From an uncultured delta proteobacterium (GTDB lineage Bacteria; Myxococcota_A; Polyangia; Fen-1088), in contig CAWGPW010000010.1 of assembly GCA_963824555.1 (NCBI GenBank), positions 5,551 to 69,550 on the forward strand: DNA of 64,000 nt, written 5' to 3'. Shown here one piece after another: positions 19,928 through 29,500 of this stretch; the first letter of the stretch is position 1; every line of letters starts with the position of its first letter. Under the pieces are notes generated by a model that was not told the origin of the DNA, did not search any database, and saw only the letters and a program-made list of their open reading frames with translations. Both the position numbers and the translations under genes were made by a program.

Positions 19928-20578
19928 ATGAAGCAGAAGATTGGAATCATCGGAACCGGGGATGTCGGAAAAGCTCTGGCCCGAGGGTTCCTTCGGCACG
20001 GCCACCAGGTGATGATCGGATCACGCAGCGCCGACAAGCTCGCGGCGCTACGGAGCAGCATCGGTCATCAGCTGGTGACCGGGACCTTCAAAGAAGCGGC
20101 CGCCTTTGCAGAGGTCATCGTCCTGGCGGTCAAGGGGACTGCGGCCAAGGACGCGATCTCCGGCATCCATGGCGATGCGCTTGCAGGCAAGGTGGTCATC
20201 GACACCACCAACCCGATCGCCGATGCCCCGCCCGTCAATGGCGTGCTCCAGTTCTTCACGGGCCACAACGAATCGCTGCTGGAACAGCTCCAGCTAGCCG
20301 CCCCAAGCGCTCGCTTCGTCAAGGCGTGGAACTCCGTGGGGAGCGCCCACATGGACGGCCCGCACTTCGCCGCGGGAAAGCCCACCATGTTCATCTGCGG
20401 CAATGACCAGGACGGCAAACGCCAAGTCGCCGACATTTTGCAGGTCTTCGGCTGGGACGCCGAGGACATGGGAGGGGCTGAAAGTGCGCGCGCCATCGAG
20501 TCCCTGTGTCAGCTCTGGTGCATTCCCGGTCTGCGCTCGAATCAGTGGAACCACGCGTTCAAGCTCCTCAAGGCCTGA
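19928..20578 (+). CDS. NADP oxidoreductase, F420_oxidored (NADPH-dependent F420 reductase-like) family
   Basis: Rossmann motif KIGIIGTGDVG, then GSR, VVIDTTNP, VKAWN, ICGND and ARAIE. Confidence 0.85.
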   Translation: MKQKIGIIGTGDVGKALARGFLRHGHQVMIGSRSADKLAALRSSIGHQLVTGTFKEAAAFAEVIVLAVKGTAAKDAISGIHGDALAGKVVIDTTNPIADAPPVNGVLQFFTGHNESLLEQLQLAAPSARFVKAWNSVGSAHMDGPHFAAGKPTMFICGNDQDGKRQVADILQVFGWDAEDMGGAESARAIESLCQLWCIPGLRSNQWNHAFKLLKA

Positions 20579-20618
20579 GTTGACCCTTGCCCGCAAGGAC
20601 CCGCAAGGAGAGGGTAGC

Positions 20619-22343
20619 TCAGCGAACGAAGCGCTCGAAGTAGCGAGCGAGCTGTTTGACGGCAGTCCCGCGGTCGGCTTGTAGTCGCGACGCGGTTTGC
20701 GAAGCGAAGGACGACAGCGCCTCCTCGTTCATGGGCTTCGAATCGCTGCCCGAATGGCCGAGATGGAAGAAGAGCAGCGGTTTGAGGTACTTTTCATTCC
20801 ACTCCTTCTGGTCGTCCCAGCTCCTTGGCTCGTGCCCGTGATCTTCGAAGAAGGCCTCCACGGCCTTGACGGCGAGCTCGGACCACTTGGGGCCAGTCGA
20901 ATCGTCACGGTCCGCGGTTGCCGGCGTGGATGGTGCCCGGAAAGCGCCCGCCTGCAGAGCCAGCCTGCACCTGACAGGATCGATCGATCCATGGGTCGCG
21001 TCGCGCGGCAGCCGCAGCCCGAAGTTCATGAGCTCGCGGAAATTTCCCTCCCAGGGATGATTCTGCAGCACCTTGAGCGCATCCGGGGTGAGCGCGTCGA
21101 GCGCAGAGGTACCTGCGTTGAGCCGGGTGTTCTCCAAGCAAGCGAGCACGTCTTCCCAGCGTGACCTCAACGATGGCACCTCGACGACGTAGACCGACAG
21201 TCGGTACCAGAGATCGACCCGGAAATGGCCCGCCCGGGTGGCCGCGCGCAGATCTCGGTTCGTCGCGGCCACGACGCGGACGTCGGCGCTACGTGCGCGC
21301 CCCGATTCGCCGACATGCTCGTACTCCCTGCGGTCGAGAAAACGCAGGACCATGGCCTGCACGTCGATCGGCAGATCTCCAATCTCGTCCAGGAACAGCG
21401 TGCCGCCCTGCGCCCGCTCGACGGCCCCGACGATCCGCCGCGTGGCGCCTGTGAACGATCCTGGCTCGGCCCCGAACAGCTCCGAGCGAAGCAGCTCCTT
21501 GCTGAAGGTTGAGCAGTTCGTCGTGATCAGGGGGCCGCTTCGACCCGACACCCGGTGGAAAACCTCCGCAAGCACCTCCTTCCCAGCCCCCGAGGGTCCC
21601 ATCAAGAGCAGAGTCTTCGCATCCCGTTGCGCGGCTTCGACCACCTCGCGATGGGCCTTTCGAATCGCCCGCGAGGCCAGGATCATCCCCTCATTGCGAG
21701 TATTCTCCTCCGACTCGAAAAGCGAGTTCTGGCGGCCGACCCAGCGCCACACATGCTCTACCAACCCTGGCCAGGTCGCGTCGGCTGTCGCGAGAGCGAC
21801 GATGTCGAGCGCGGCGCCATCGGCGAGTGGGATCTGACTCGGAGAGTGGTTCTCTGCGGGGTCGTCTTGAATCATCACCCGAGCATCTACCTCGCGGGCA
21901 GACAGCCAGTCCTCGATGGATCGCGCGACAGCCGGGCCGAACTCGTGACGACCGTGCCAGACCGGCGGCTCGGGGTCGTCCGCGCGCAAGAGGTTGGCCC
22001 TGGCCTTCCCCAACTGCAGCACCACATCCGAATCGCCGGCGTTGATGGGATGGTTCTTGGGAAGCAAGAGCCACGTGCCATTCCGGCTTCCGAGATCCCG
22101 AACCTGAGCCTGCCCGTCGCGTTTGGACACGAGGACATGGTTGGCCGACACGCTCGGGGACAGGATGCGGACCGAATCGATCGGCGGCAACCGGTCGCCG
22201 TCCGGGATCCCCGGCACATGCGTATCTGGGTTCCGCCCCAAAAGGAACGCCCGTGCCGGATCGAGATCGGCCGCGTATTCCACATGTCCCTCGGGTGCAA
22301 GAACGGTCAGTCGCGTCACGGGCGGTGCCTCCTTGGGGGGCAT
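20619..22343 (-). CDS. FHA-domain sigma54-dependent enhancer-binding protein
   Basis: FHA (LLGR...VSANH...[11 protein letters not shown]); Walker A GPSGAGKE; SELFG, GSFTGA (GAFTGA variant), [33 protein letters not shown]. Confidence 0.9.
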   Translation of the reverse strand: MPPKEAPPVTRLTVLAPEGHVEYAADLDPARAFLLGRNPDTHVPGIPDGDRLPPIDSVRILSPSVSANHVLVSKRDGQAQVRDLGSRNGTWLLLPKNHPINAGDSDVVLQLGKARANLLRADDPEPPVWHGRHEFGPAVARSIEDWLSAREVDARVMIQDDPAENHSPSQIPLADGAALDIVALATADATWPGLVEHVWRWVGRQNSLFESEENTRNEGMILASRAIRKAHREVVEAAQRDAKTLLLMGPSGAGKEVLAEVFHRVSGRSGPLITTNCSTFSKELLRSELFGAEPGSFTGATRRIVGAVERAQGGTLFLDEIGDLPIDVQAMVLRFLDRREYEHVGESGRARSADVRVVAATNRDLRAATRAGHFRVDLWYRLSVYVVEVPSLRSRWEDVLACLENTRLNAGTSALDALTPDALKVLQNHPWEGNFRELMNFGLRLPRDATHGSIDPVRCRLALQAGAFRAPSTPATADRDDSTGPKWSELAVKAVEAFFEDHGHEPRSWDDQKEWNEKYLKPLLFFHLGHSGSDSKPMNEEALSSFASQTASRLQADRGTAVKQLARYFERFVR

Positions 22344-22371
22344 CGTAGCTCAGCTCGCGCGGAATCGACAA

Positions 22372-23769
22372 TCAGCCCGGTCTTCTTGTGCCAAGGCCGT
22401 GGCCAGATGACTCTGGCCCGTGTGCGCCACACCGTCTGCAGACGTAAGCTTCTCGCATCACCGCCGCTCGCAGCTGGTCCTTTCCCTCGCGAAAGCCGCA
22501 GCTCACGGCGAAACCTTCCAGGTCGGCGGGTATCGGGCAATCCCGGCAGGCTGCAAAGTACCACTGCCAAAGCTCGGCTTCCGACATGTCGATGTCGGCA
22601 AGGGAGGGCGTGACGAGACCGGCATCGCGTAGTTTTTCGGCCTTGTGGTCCATCTTTTGCCGCCAGCGGCCGTACTGCCCGGTTGCACGCAAGTAGTCCA
22701 CCAGGTGATTGCGGGCGATGCCCTCTGTGATGGGTCGGGCCCAGCTTAGCCGAGCCTCTGTCTCGAAGAAGCGTCGGGACTCGTCGTCTTCCAGATGCTG
22801 TGACGTGCGCCAGCGTTCGAAATCGTCACGCCCCCGCAGGCCATGGCGGAACCTGAACTCGGAACAAGCGCGCTGCACGACGGCGGCATCCGGATGGGCT
22901 CCCGCCCTCATCGCCAATTCGAGGGCCAACCCGCGAGCGGCCGCCCCGTCGACCGCGCCTTCGTAGGCTCCAGCGAGCTTGAGCTCTTCTTCGAGCCGGG
23001 CATCCTCCGCGGGTGTTGGTCCGAGGTCGGACGCTCCTTCCGCCAAGGCCATCCGCGTGGCCTCGTGCCACGAATCGGTGGGCTCGAAGCGGAAGCTGAC
23101 CTGCTTGCGTGGCGGGTGGACGGCAGCCCATTTGCGCAGATGGGTGACTAGGGCGATCGCGTCCTCTCGCTTTTGGTCCACCTTGCCGATGGGAAGCCAG
23201 TCGCCGAGCGCGCCAACCTCGCCAGCATCCACTCCCCTCGCTGCCGCTTGCCCAAGCAAGCTTGCATAGCTCCGTTCCGCATAGAACTGGCCCTTCGCCA
23301 CCTCGAGCAAGGCGGTCTCGGTGGCTCGCGAGATCACCTTCGCCTTCGTGGCCGCGCGAAGGGTTGCACGGATGTTGACCAAGGCATCTGAAAGTAGCCG
23401 AAACTCGCTCTCCGCCGGAGCGTGCGCGACGGCCACCTCGTCGTCGTCCTCGAGCGTGCCATCGCGGTACGCTTCGTAGATGGCGCCAACGCCAACCATG
23501 CCGAATGCCTCAAGCTCTGCGGCGCGAAGCGCGCCCATGCTACTCGCCCCGAAGACATGGATGCCCTCGCTCATGGCCCAAAGAATTTCCTTGTGCCAAA
23601 CGGCCGGCACGCGCTCGAAGTACCCGTCGATGATGGCGATCGCATCTCGCCCCTGCATGACGGCGCGGTACACGTCCCCAAACCTGGCCGGCCCAGACAC
23701 GTCGGCGTCGACGATTTCTCGGATTGCCTGAACCGCGAGCGTCGGCCCGGCGAAGACCAGGATGCTCAC
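22372..23769 (-). CDS. tfuA: TfuA-like protein with long C-terminal extension
   Basis: VFAGPTL, IIDGYFERVPAVWHKEILWA, GASSMGALRAAEL, DDDEVAVAH, LVNIRATL, DQKREDA. The GTG start overlaps the YcaO stop (GTGA). Confidence 0.92.
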   Translation of the reverse strand: MSILVFAGPTLAVQAIREIVDADVSGPARFGDVYRAVMQGRDAIAIIDGYFERVPAVWHKEILWAMSEGIHVFGASSMGALRAAELEAFGMVGVGAIYEAYRDGTLEDDDEVAVAHAPAESEFRLLSDALVNIRATLRAATKAKVISRATETALLEVAKGQFYAERSYASLLGQAAARGVDAGEVGALGDWLPIGKVDQKREDAIALVTHLRKWAAVHPPRKQVSFRFEPTDSWHEATRMALAEGASDLGPTPAEDARLEEELKLAGAYEGAVDGAAARGLALELAMRAGAHPDAAVVQRACSEFRFRHGLRGRDDFERWRTSQHLEDDESRRFFETEARLSWARPITEGIARNHLVDYLRATGQYGRWRQKMDHKAEKLRDAGLVTPSLADIDMSEAELWQWYFAACRDCPIPADLEGFAVSCGFREGKDQLRAAVMREAYVCRRCGAHGPESSGHGLGTRRPG

Positions 23770-24992
23770 GACAAACGCCCAAGCAGCCGCTTGCCCGGTG
23801 TGAACCCGCTCGACCCCGCGATGCCTTCGAGGCCGGGAATGACGACACGGACCACCGGGATTTGCAGCTCCGGTAGGGTCAAATCGACAACCGCGATCTC
23901 CGCGATGCCGCTCGAACGGAGGCGCTCGAGCTCCCACGCCATGTCCTCGTGAAAAGTCGTTGCGGCATGGCTCGGGCCGTCGCCGAAGCTTCGGCCTGCT
24001 CCGGCGGCGGTGATCATGTCGGCCGCTTCCGCGGCGATCGTCGGATCGTGTCCGCGTCGGTAGGTGGCGATGCTAAGATCATCCCGGCTACCCGCGATGA
24101 CGGTCAGGCGTGTTTGCGCGGCTTCCGTCAGCGCTCGCAGAAGCGCGATGCCCCGAGAAGGATGGCATCCCGAGCCGGTCGCCGAGGCAAGGGGACGCAT
24201 TTGGCTGTTCGAGGGATCGTCCGCGATCATGCAGACGAACACCGGTATGCCGGTGTCGGTGGTGACGTCCCACACGCCGGTTCGAATGCCCGCGGCTGCG
24301 AACTTCTGCAGGACCGATAGGCACGCGACGTCGTCGATCGTCCGCACATCCACCTTGCGGGCTTGCTGCTGATCCCTTGGGCTGTATTCCCACAGGGTGA
24401 CCGCGTCGCGCTCGGCCAGTTCGCACACGGCATGGCTGGTCGCCTCGAGCGGATGGTTCCCCGACGCCACCCCGCTGTCGTTCATCTGAAATGCGCCACT
24501 GGCGCTGGGCAGGGGCAAGGTGTACGCCGTGTGCACGAGCTCGAACGGTAGCCAGATGGACGTGCGATCGAGGATTTCATGGCCCTGCACCCAGAGGAAC
24601 GGCAAACGCGGATCCAACATGCTGCCATCGAGCCGAGGCAACGCGGTCAAGTCGAGCGTTCGGCCTCGCTCTCGCATTTCCTCCCACGAGGCCAGTACAA
24701 GGGGCAGGCGCACCCGCTCCGCGTGGTAGTTCTCGAGCGATTCCATGATCCCCGACACCTTCGCGGCGACCAGATCCAACCCTTTGCCTTGCGCGACCGC
24801 GATGGACCGCGAATTTGGCCTCATGACTGCGACCACCGGCACGCCGACCACGTCGAGACCGGTCACGTTCGCGACCCTTGTGATGCCCACCCGCTGCAAG
24901 AGTGGCTGAATCCGCCGTAGCGTCTCCTCCGGCGCAACGGTCCGGTGAGTGCCCAGCGTGTGCCTTTTGAATGTCTCGCTGGTCTGATGCAT
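23766..24992 (-). CDS. ycaO: YcaO-family protein (TfuA-associated, thioamide-forming type)
   Basis: GTHRTVAPEETL, GITRVANVTGLD, QGKG...SGIMESLE, GVASGN...ELAERDA, RALTEAAQTR, VRVVIPGLE. It lacks the C-terminal PxP motif of azoline-forming YcaOs. Confidence 0.93.
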   Translation of the reverse strand: MHQTSETFKRHTLGTHRTVAPEETLRRIQPLLQRVGITRVANVTGLDVVGVPVVAVMRPNSRSIAVAQGKGLDLVAAKVSGIMESLENYHAERVRLPLVLASWEEMRERGRTLDLTALPRLDGSMLDPRLPFLWVQGHEILDRTSIWLPFELVHTAYTLPLPSASGAFQMNDSGVASGNHPLEATSHAVCELAERDAVTLWEYSPRDQQQARKVDVRTIDDVACLSVLQKFAAAGIRTGVWDVTTDTGIPVFVCMIADDPSNSQMRPLASATGSGCHPSRGIALLRALTEAAQTRLTVIAGSRDDLSIATYRRGHDPTIAAEAADMITAAGAGRSFGDGPSHAATTFHEDMAWELERLRSSGIAEIAVVDLTLPELQIPVVRVVIPGLEGIAGSSGFTPGKRLLGRLS

Positions 24993-24994
24993 CT

Positions 24995-25621
24995 CTAGCG
25001 CTTGCGCTGCGTACGCCCGAGGTGAAAGGCTTCGGGCATGCGCTTGGCGTGCTCGCTCTTGGTGTGCTTCTTGTTCCCCAGCATCCCCAATCGCAGGCTG
25101 ACCAGGCTCAGCAGGATACACGTACACCCTTGCGGCGTGATCTTCGGTACGTTCGCCAGCACGACGCCCTCGTCGCTCGCCATGAATTCGAGATCCGGGA
25201 TGTCGCTAGCTGGCAGCTCGGGACAGGCCTCGTACACCTCTCTCGGCACGCGGAAGCACGAGTCCGTCCCCTCGGGTGGAAAGACAACCAGGTCTTCCGA
25301 TGCCAGAGTCGAACGTCCGGCGTTCGCGGGAAGCTTGACGGCGTTGTGCTTTCGCTCCCCGGCGGGCGAATCCGGCTGGATGAGCCGGGCGAGATTGGCG
25401 ACGTAGTAGCGCTGGTCCTCATGCCCCTGGATGCCCGGCTCCGACACCACGGCGTCCTTCCATGCCGGGACGACCTGCGCCGGTGGAACTTCCAGCTCCT
25501 TGGCGGTATAGGTCTCGTGGGGGATCAGACGATTGACGATGGTCTCTTTCCCGTCCGGTCCGACGCGGCGGAAGAACAGGATCAAGTCGTCGACGCTAAT
25601 GTCGTTTTCCTGGTCACTCAT
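24995..25621 (-). CDS. Hypothetical protein with two internal repeats; candidate YcaO-TfuA substrate
   Basis: GAGGA RBS; stop lies 2 nt before the ycaO start; repeats DDLILF..LIPHETY..YYVANLARL and EDLVVF..RVPREVY..GCTCILLSLVSL. Confidence 0.75.
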   Translation of the reverse strand: MSDQENDISVDDLILFFRRVGPDGKETIVNRLIPHETYTAKELEVPPAQVVPAWKDAVVSEPGIQGHEDQRYYVANLARLIQPDSPAGERKHNAVKLPANAGRSTLASEDLVVFPPEGTDSCFRVPREVYEACPELPASDIPDLEFMASDEGVVLANVPKITPQGCTCILLSLVSLRLGMLGNKKHTKSEHAKRMPEAFHLGRTQRKR

Positions 25622-25637
25622 GGTTGTTCCTCACTTG

Positions 25638-26369
25638 TCAAGGGTTCTGGCCCGCGACGAGCTCAGCAAGGCGTTCCGTATAGATAGGGTAGTAGATTCG
25701 CCGTCGCAGCGTTTGCACGGAGCTCAGCATCCGCTCGTTGTAGCGGGGGATCTGCGCAATATCGACGAGTGCCTGGGGAATGCTGCTTGCGTTGAAGCGA
25801 CCGGGGTCCGGCACCCGCCATAGGACCGAGATCTGCGCGGGTTGGGCGGTGACTTGGGATGCCAACCAGACCAATTCCCAACCATGCTTTGCACACATTT
25901 GGGCGTCGAACCAGTTGACCTCGCGGAGGTAGCTGTGATTGCACCCCTCCTGCGGCCGAGACACCTCGTAGACATACGTGTAACCGGGTTGGTCGTCTCC
26001 CACCCACTTGATCTCGCGTTCCGGTTCGCGCGCCACCGCATTGATGAGCAGCTCCTGGTCCTCGGATGCCAGCGCGTGTCCGAGCGCTCGATACCAGCCG
26101 GTTTCTGACAGACCGACCATCGTGTTGTAAAGCCTGGACCAATCGTCCAGTTGCCAGATCTGAACCATCTCGAGCTCGGGCTCGACGACGTGCTTGTCGT
26201 TGAGTAGGGGCCACTCGGCAAAGGCTGCAACGAGCTTCCAACCCTTCTCTCTCGTGGTCTCGATGAACTTCCTTTTCCCTTCGAGGAACATCCTCAGATA
26301 GGTCTTGTCCGCATCCCACTTCAAGTGAAACACGTTCCGCAGGTAAATTGTCGGCTTGTCGCCTGCCAT
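25638..26369 (-). CDS. Hypothetical protein, probably a tandem NIPSNAP-like (dimeric alpha/beta barrel) fold
   Basis: Strong AGGAGG RBS; two similar halves (KGWKLVAAF...MVQIWQLDD and HGWELVWL...ISVLWRVPD). Confidence 0.65.
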   Translation of the reverse strand: MAGDKPTIYLRNVFHLKWDADKTYLRMFLEGKRKFIETTREKGWKLVAAFAEWPLLNDKHVVEPELEMVQIWQLDDWSRLYNTMVGLSETGWYRALGHALASEDQELLINAVAREPEREIKWVGDDQPGYTYVYEVSRPQEGCNHSYLREVNWFDAQMCAKHGWELVWLASQVTAQPAQISVLWRVPDPGRFNASSIPQALVDIAQIPRYNERMLSSVQTLRRRIYYPIYTERLAELVAGQNP

Positions 26370-26416
26370 TGCCTCCTCCTTGCCTTCAAGGCGATCTGGG
26401 CTGTATGAACCCACCC

Positions 26417-26432
26417 TGCAAGAGCTGGACCC
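26417..26432 (-). promoter_or_regulatory. Candidate sigma54 (-24/-12) promoter
   Basis: Minus strand reads gGG-TCCAGCTCTT-GCA, with exact GG-N10-GC spacing and a TTGCA -12 box, about 50 nt upstream of ATG 26369. The -24 box deviates from TGGCAC. Confidence 0.4.
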
Positions 26433-26508
26433 TATGGATACGACGCGAATACGCGAAGATCCAGCGATTTCAGACCGAGTGCGATCGGAATCGGAGAACC
26501 GAATCCCA

Positions 26509-29500
26509 TCACAGGTACCCGAGCTCGGTCGCGAGGTCAACGATACCTGCTGGGGATGGCATCGCGGCAGCCTCTGTTGCCGGCGCTAAGCCCTCGATCG
26601 CCTGCTCCATGGCGGATCGAAGTGATGCCGGGAGAAGATGTTGCGTCGGCGCAAGCAGGGCTCTCCAATGTTGGACGGCTTCGCCGAGGTCTCCGTCAGC
26701 AGCGAGTTGGGCTGCCAACGGCATTCTCACCAGCCAGTGGAGGGGGTACTCGTATGCGGGAAGAAGCTTGGCCCAGGCGTCAAGACAGATCCTCGCGTGA
26801 CGCTCGAGCTCGGCCTTTCCGCCGTCCTTCCATGCCGCCCAGGCAAGGCAAGCATGGGAAACCCCAATGTAATCCAGCATGCCTCCCGCTTCGGCGATCG
26901 TGGCAGCCCGTTCGGCTGTCGTGCGCGACTCGGCGACACGCCCGACCCGTCGGTGGAGAACGGCGTAGTACGAAAGGAAGCGCGCCTGGAGGGTGGCATC
27001 GCCGATTCGGTCGGCGCTGGCGACCGCGGCCTGGAACAGCGGCTCCGCCTCCTCCAGCTGTCCTGCACAAAGCAGCGGGAAGGCCAGGAAGAAGCGAGCC
27101 AGGGCCAGCTCGCGAGGGTCGTCGCACTGCTCCGCCGCCGCCAGCGACTTGCGACCATACTCGATCGCCTGGTCGAGGCGGGCGTACCTTTCGCGTCGCA
27201 GGGCCGTATGAACGAGCGCCTGGAAGAATTGCGCGCGCTGAGCCGCGATGCCGTGCTGCTCGACCACCGGCCGGACTCGCTCGACGAGCTCGGTCAGCTC
27301 GTCCACCCGGGCAAGCCAGTACAGATCCCAAGTCTTGTCGACCTGAACCTGCACCCATTCGTGCCACCACTCGTCCGCATGCCTCTCTGCCAGTGCGGTG
27401 TCGCCGAGCTGCTCCTCCGCCATCGCGAATTCCTGCAGAGCCTGCCCATGTTGGTGTTGGCGTTCCCAGGTACGCGCGCACTTTCGGAGACGTCGACCGC
27501 GCGCGACCGATGGCTCGTCGGGAGAGTCGGCCAGCGCGGCTGCGAAGGCGTCCCGCGCTTCCTGCGCGTTTCCCGTGATGAGCAGCAAATCGCCGATGGC
27601 CTCGTGGAGAGCGGCACGACCCATCGAGCGCTCGGCCGTACGGCGCGAAACGGCGTCAACCTGACCGATGGCCAGCCGATACAGCTTGACCGCGTCGCCG
27701 TTCGCATAGGTCCGGCGGGCGAGGTCAGCCGCGCGCTCGAAATAGCCTGCGGCGCGGTCCGGTGCTCCCGCTTTCGCCAGGTGAAAACCGAGTGCACCAA
27801 GGAACGGCTCGAGCTCGCGACCCGAGTAGCGCTCCTCGATCGAGGTAGCCGCTCGCTGGTGCCAGTAGGTATGCTCGGCCGCGGCCATCGCCGAGTAGGC
27901 GGCGTCCCGGAGTTGATCGTGCACGAAACGGAGGACGCCTGACTGGTCTTCCTCGAAGATCTGGCGTTGTCGAAGTGTCCCGTAGGCGTCGAGGATGTCC
28001 GACGGGTCGAGCTCCGCGGTCCGGGCCAGAAGGTCGGTGTCGAAGCCACGGCCCAAGACCGCGGCCGCCCCGATGATCCGCCTGATCTTCGGATCTAGAC
28101 CGTCGAGACGCCTGCGGATCAACTCGGAAATCGCGGTCGGCGTGGCGACGCTGGCCAGGTGCGGATCGCTGAGCACCCACCGACCCCCGGCATCGCGCTC
28201 GAGCCGACTCTCGGCAATCGCCGTGCGCAGGTACTCGGCGAGAAAGAATGGATTTCCTCCGGACACGCCGTGCAGGAACTCGATGAGCTCCGGTGGCGGC
28301 GTGCGTAGCGCGAGCATCCCGCCCACCATCTGGCCCACCTCTTCCCTGCCGAACCGGTCAAGCTCGGCGTGGAGGGCGCCAGGCTCGTGAAAGAGCCGCT
28401 CCAAGCGCGGCGTCGTCTCCTCGGCCCGACATGTCCCAAGCAGCAGCAGCGGGGCCCTTGCACACTCGGGCGCGCCAATCGATGACAGCAGGTCCAGCGA
28501 AAGCTCGTCGGCCCACTGCAGATCGTCGATGATGAAGAGGAGAGGACGTTCGCGGGCGTAGTCCAATACCAGGGTCGCCAGGGCGTTGAGCATCCGCGCG
28601 CGGGCGGCGTCGTGGGGAAGCGGCAGAGGCTCCGTTTCGCGCAGCTGCTGAGCGAGCTCGTCCAACATACGTTCGTATGGCGCGAGCAAGCGAGCACGAC
28701 CTCGAAGTAGCTTCTTGGCAACCACGCGGTCCGCGGCACGACTGTAGTCGGCAACCCCGGTGAGTAGGCGCCGAACCGGGTGGAGTGGAGCGCTCAAGGC
28801 CCGATCGCCACCTTCGGCCGTGCCGAGGGGCAGGCATTCGCCCGTGATCACGGCCATCCCCTTTTCCGAAGCCAGGGCCGCAGCTTCCAGCACGAGGCGT
28901 GTCTTGCCCGCCCCGCTCGCGGCGGTGACGAAGACTTTGCTCCCTCGTCCTCCGAGTGCGCGGTCGATGGCTCCTGCGAGCTCCGCAAACACGGTCTGTC
29001 GGCCTACGAGCTCGGAACGGTACAGATACGTCGTGCGCTTTGTCGACGGCAACCACGCGCCCAGTCCGCCCGTCGATTGTAGAAGCGCTGCAACGTCGTC
29101 CGCATAGCCGATGCGGTCCTGCGGGTTGCGCGTCAGGAGACGCATGACCATCACGTCGAGCGCGCGCGGGAGGCCGGCAACCGCCGAGGAAGGCGGTGGC
29201 GGATCGGGTGAAAGCTCCTGGAATCCTGCCGGTCCGAAGGGCAGCACGCCGGTCAGAGACTCGTACAGGATGCAGCCCAGCGAGAACAGGTCGGCGCGTG
29301 CGTCCACGAATCTCCCGAAGCGCTGCTCGGGGGCCATGTACGCGAGCGTCCCCGAGCCGGCATCCGCAAGGTCAAGCGTTTCCCTGCCCATGCCGCCAAA
29401 GGGAAGCACCAGACCGAAGTCAGCGAGCACGGGCGTTCCGTCGGCGCGAATCAGGATGTTCTCGGGTTTCAGATCGCGATGCACGACGCCGCACCCATGC

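Noticed and set aside
19928-20578. F420_oxidored gene as part of the YcaO cluster
   Set aside because: It is on the opposite, convergent strand and belongs to a common stand-alone family; nothing in the sequence links it.
23766-24992. Azole/azoline (TOMM) or bottromycin-type RiPP cluster
   Set aside because: No E1-like partner, no flavin dehydrogenase, no PxP C-terminus, no Cys/Ser/Thr-rich short precursor; TfuA is coupled instead.
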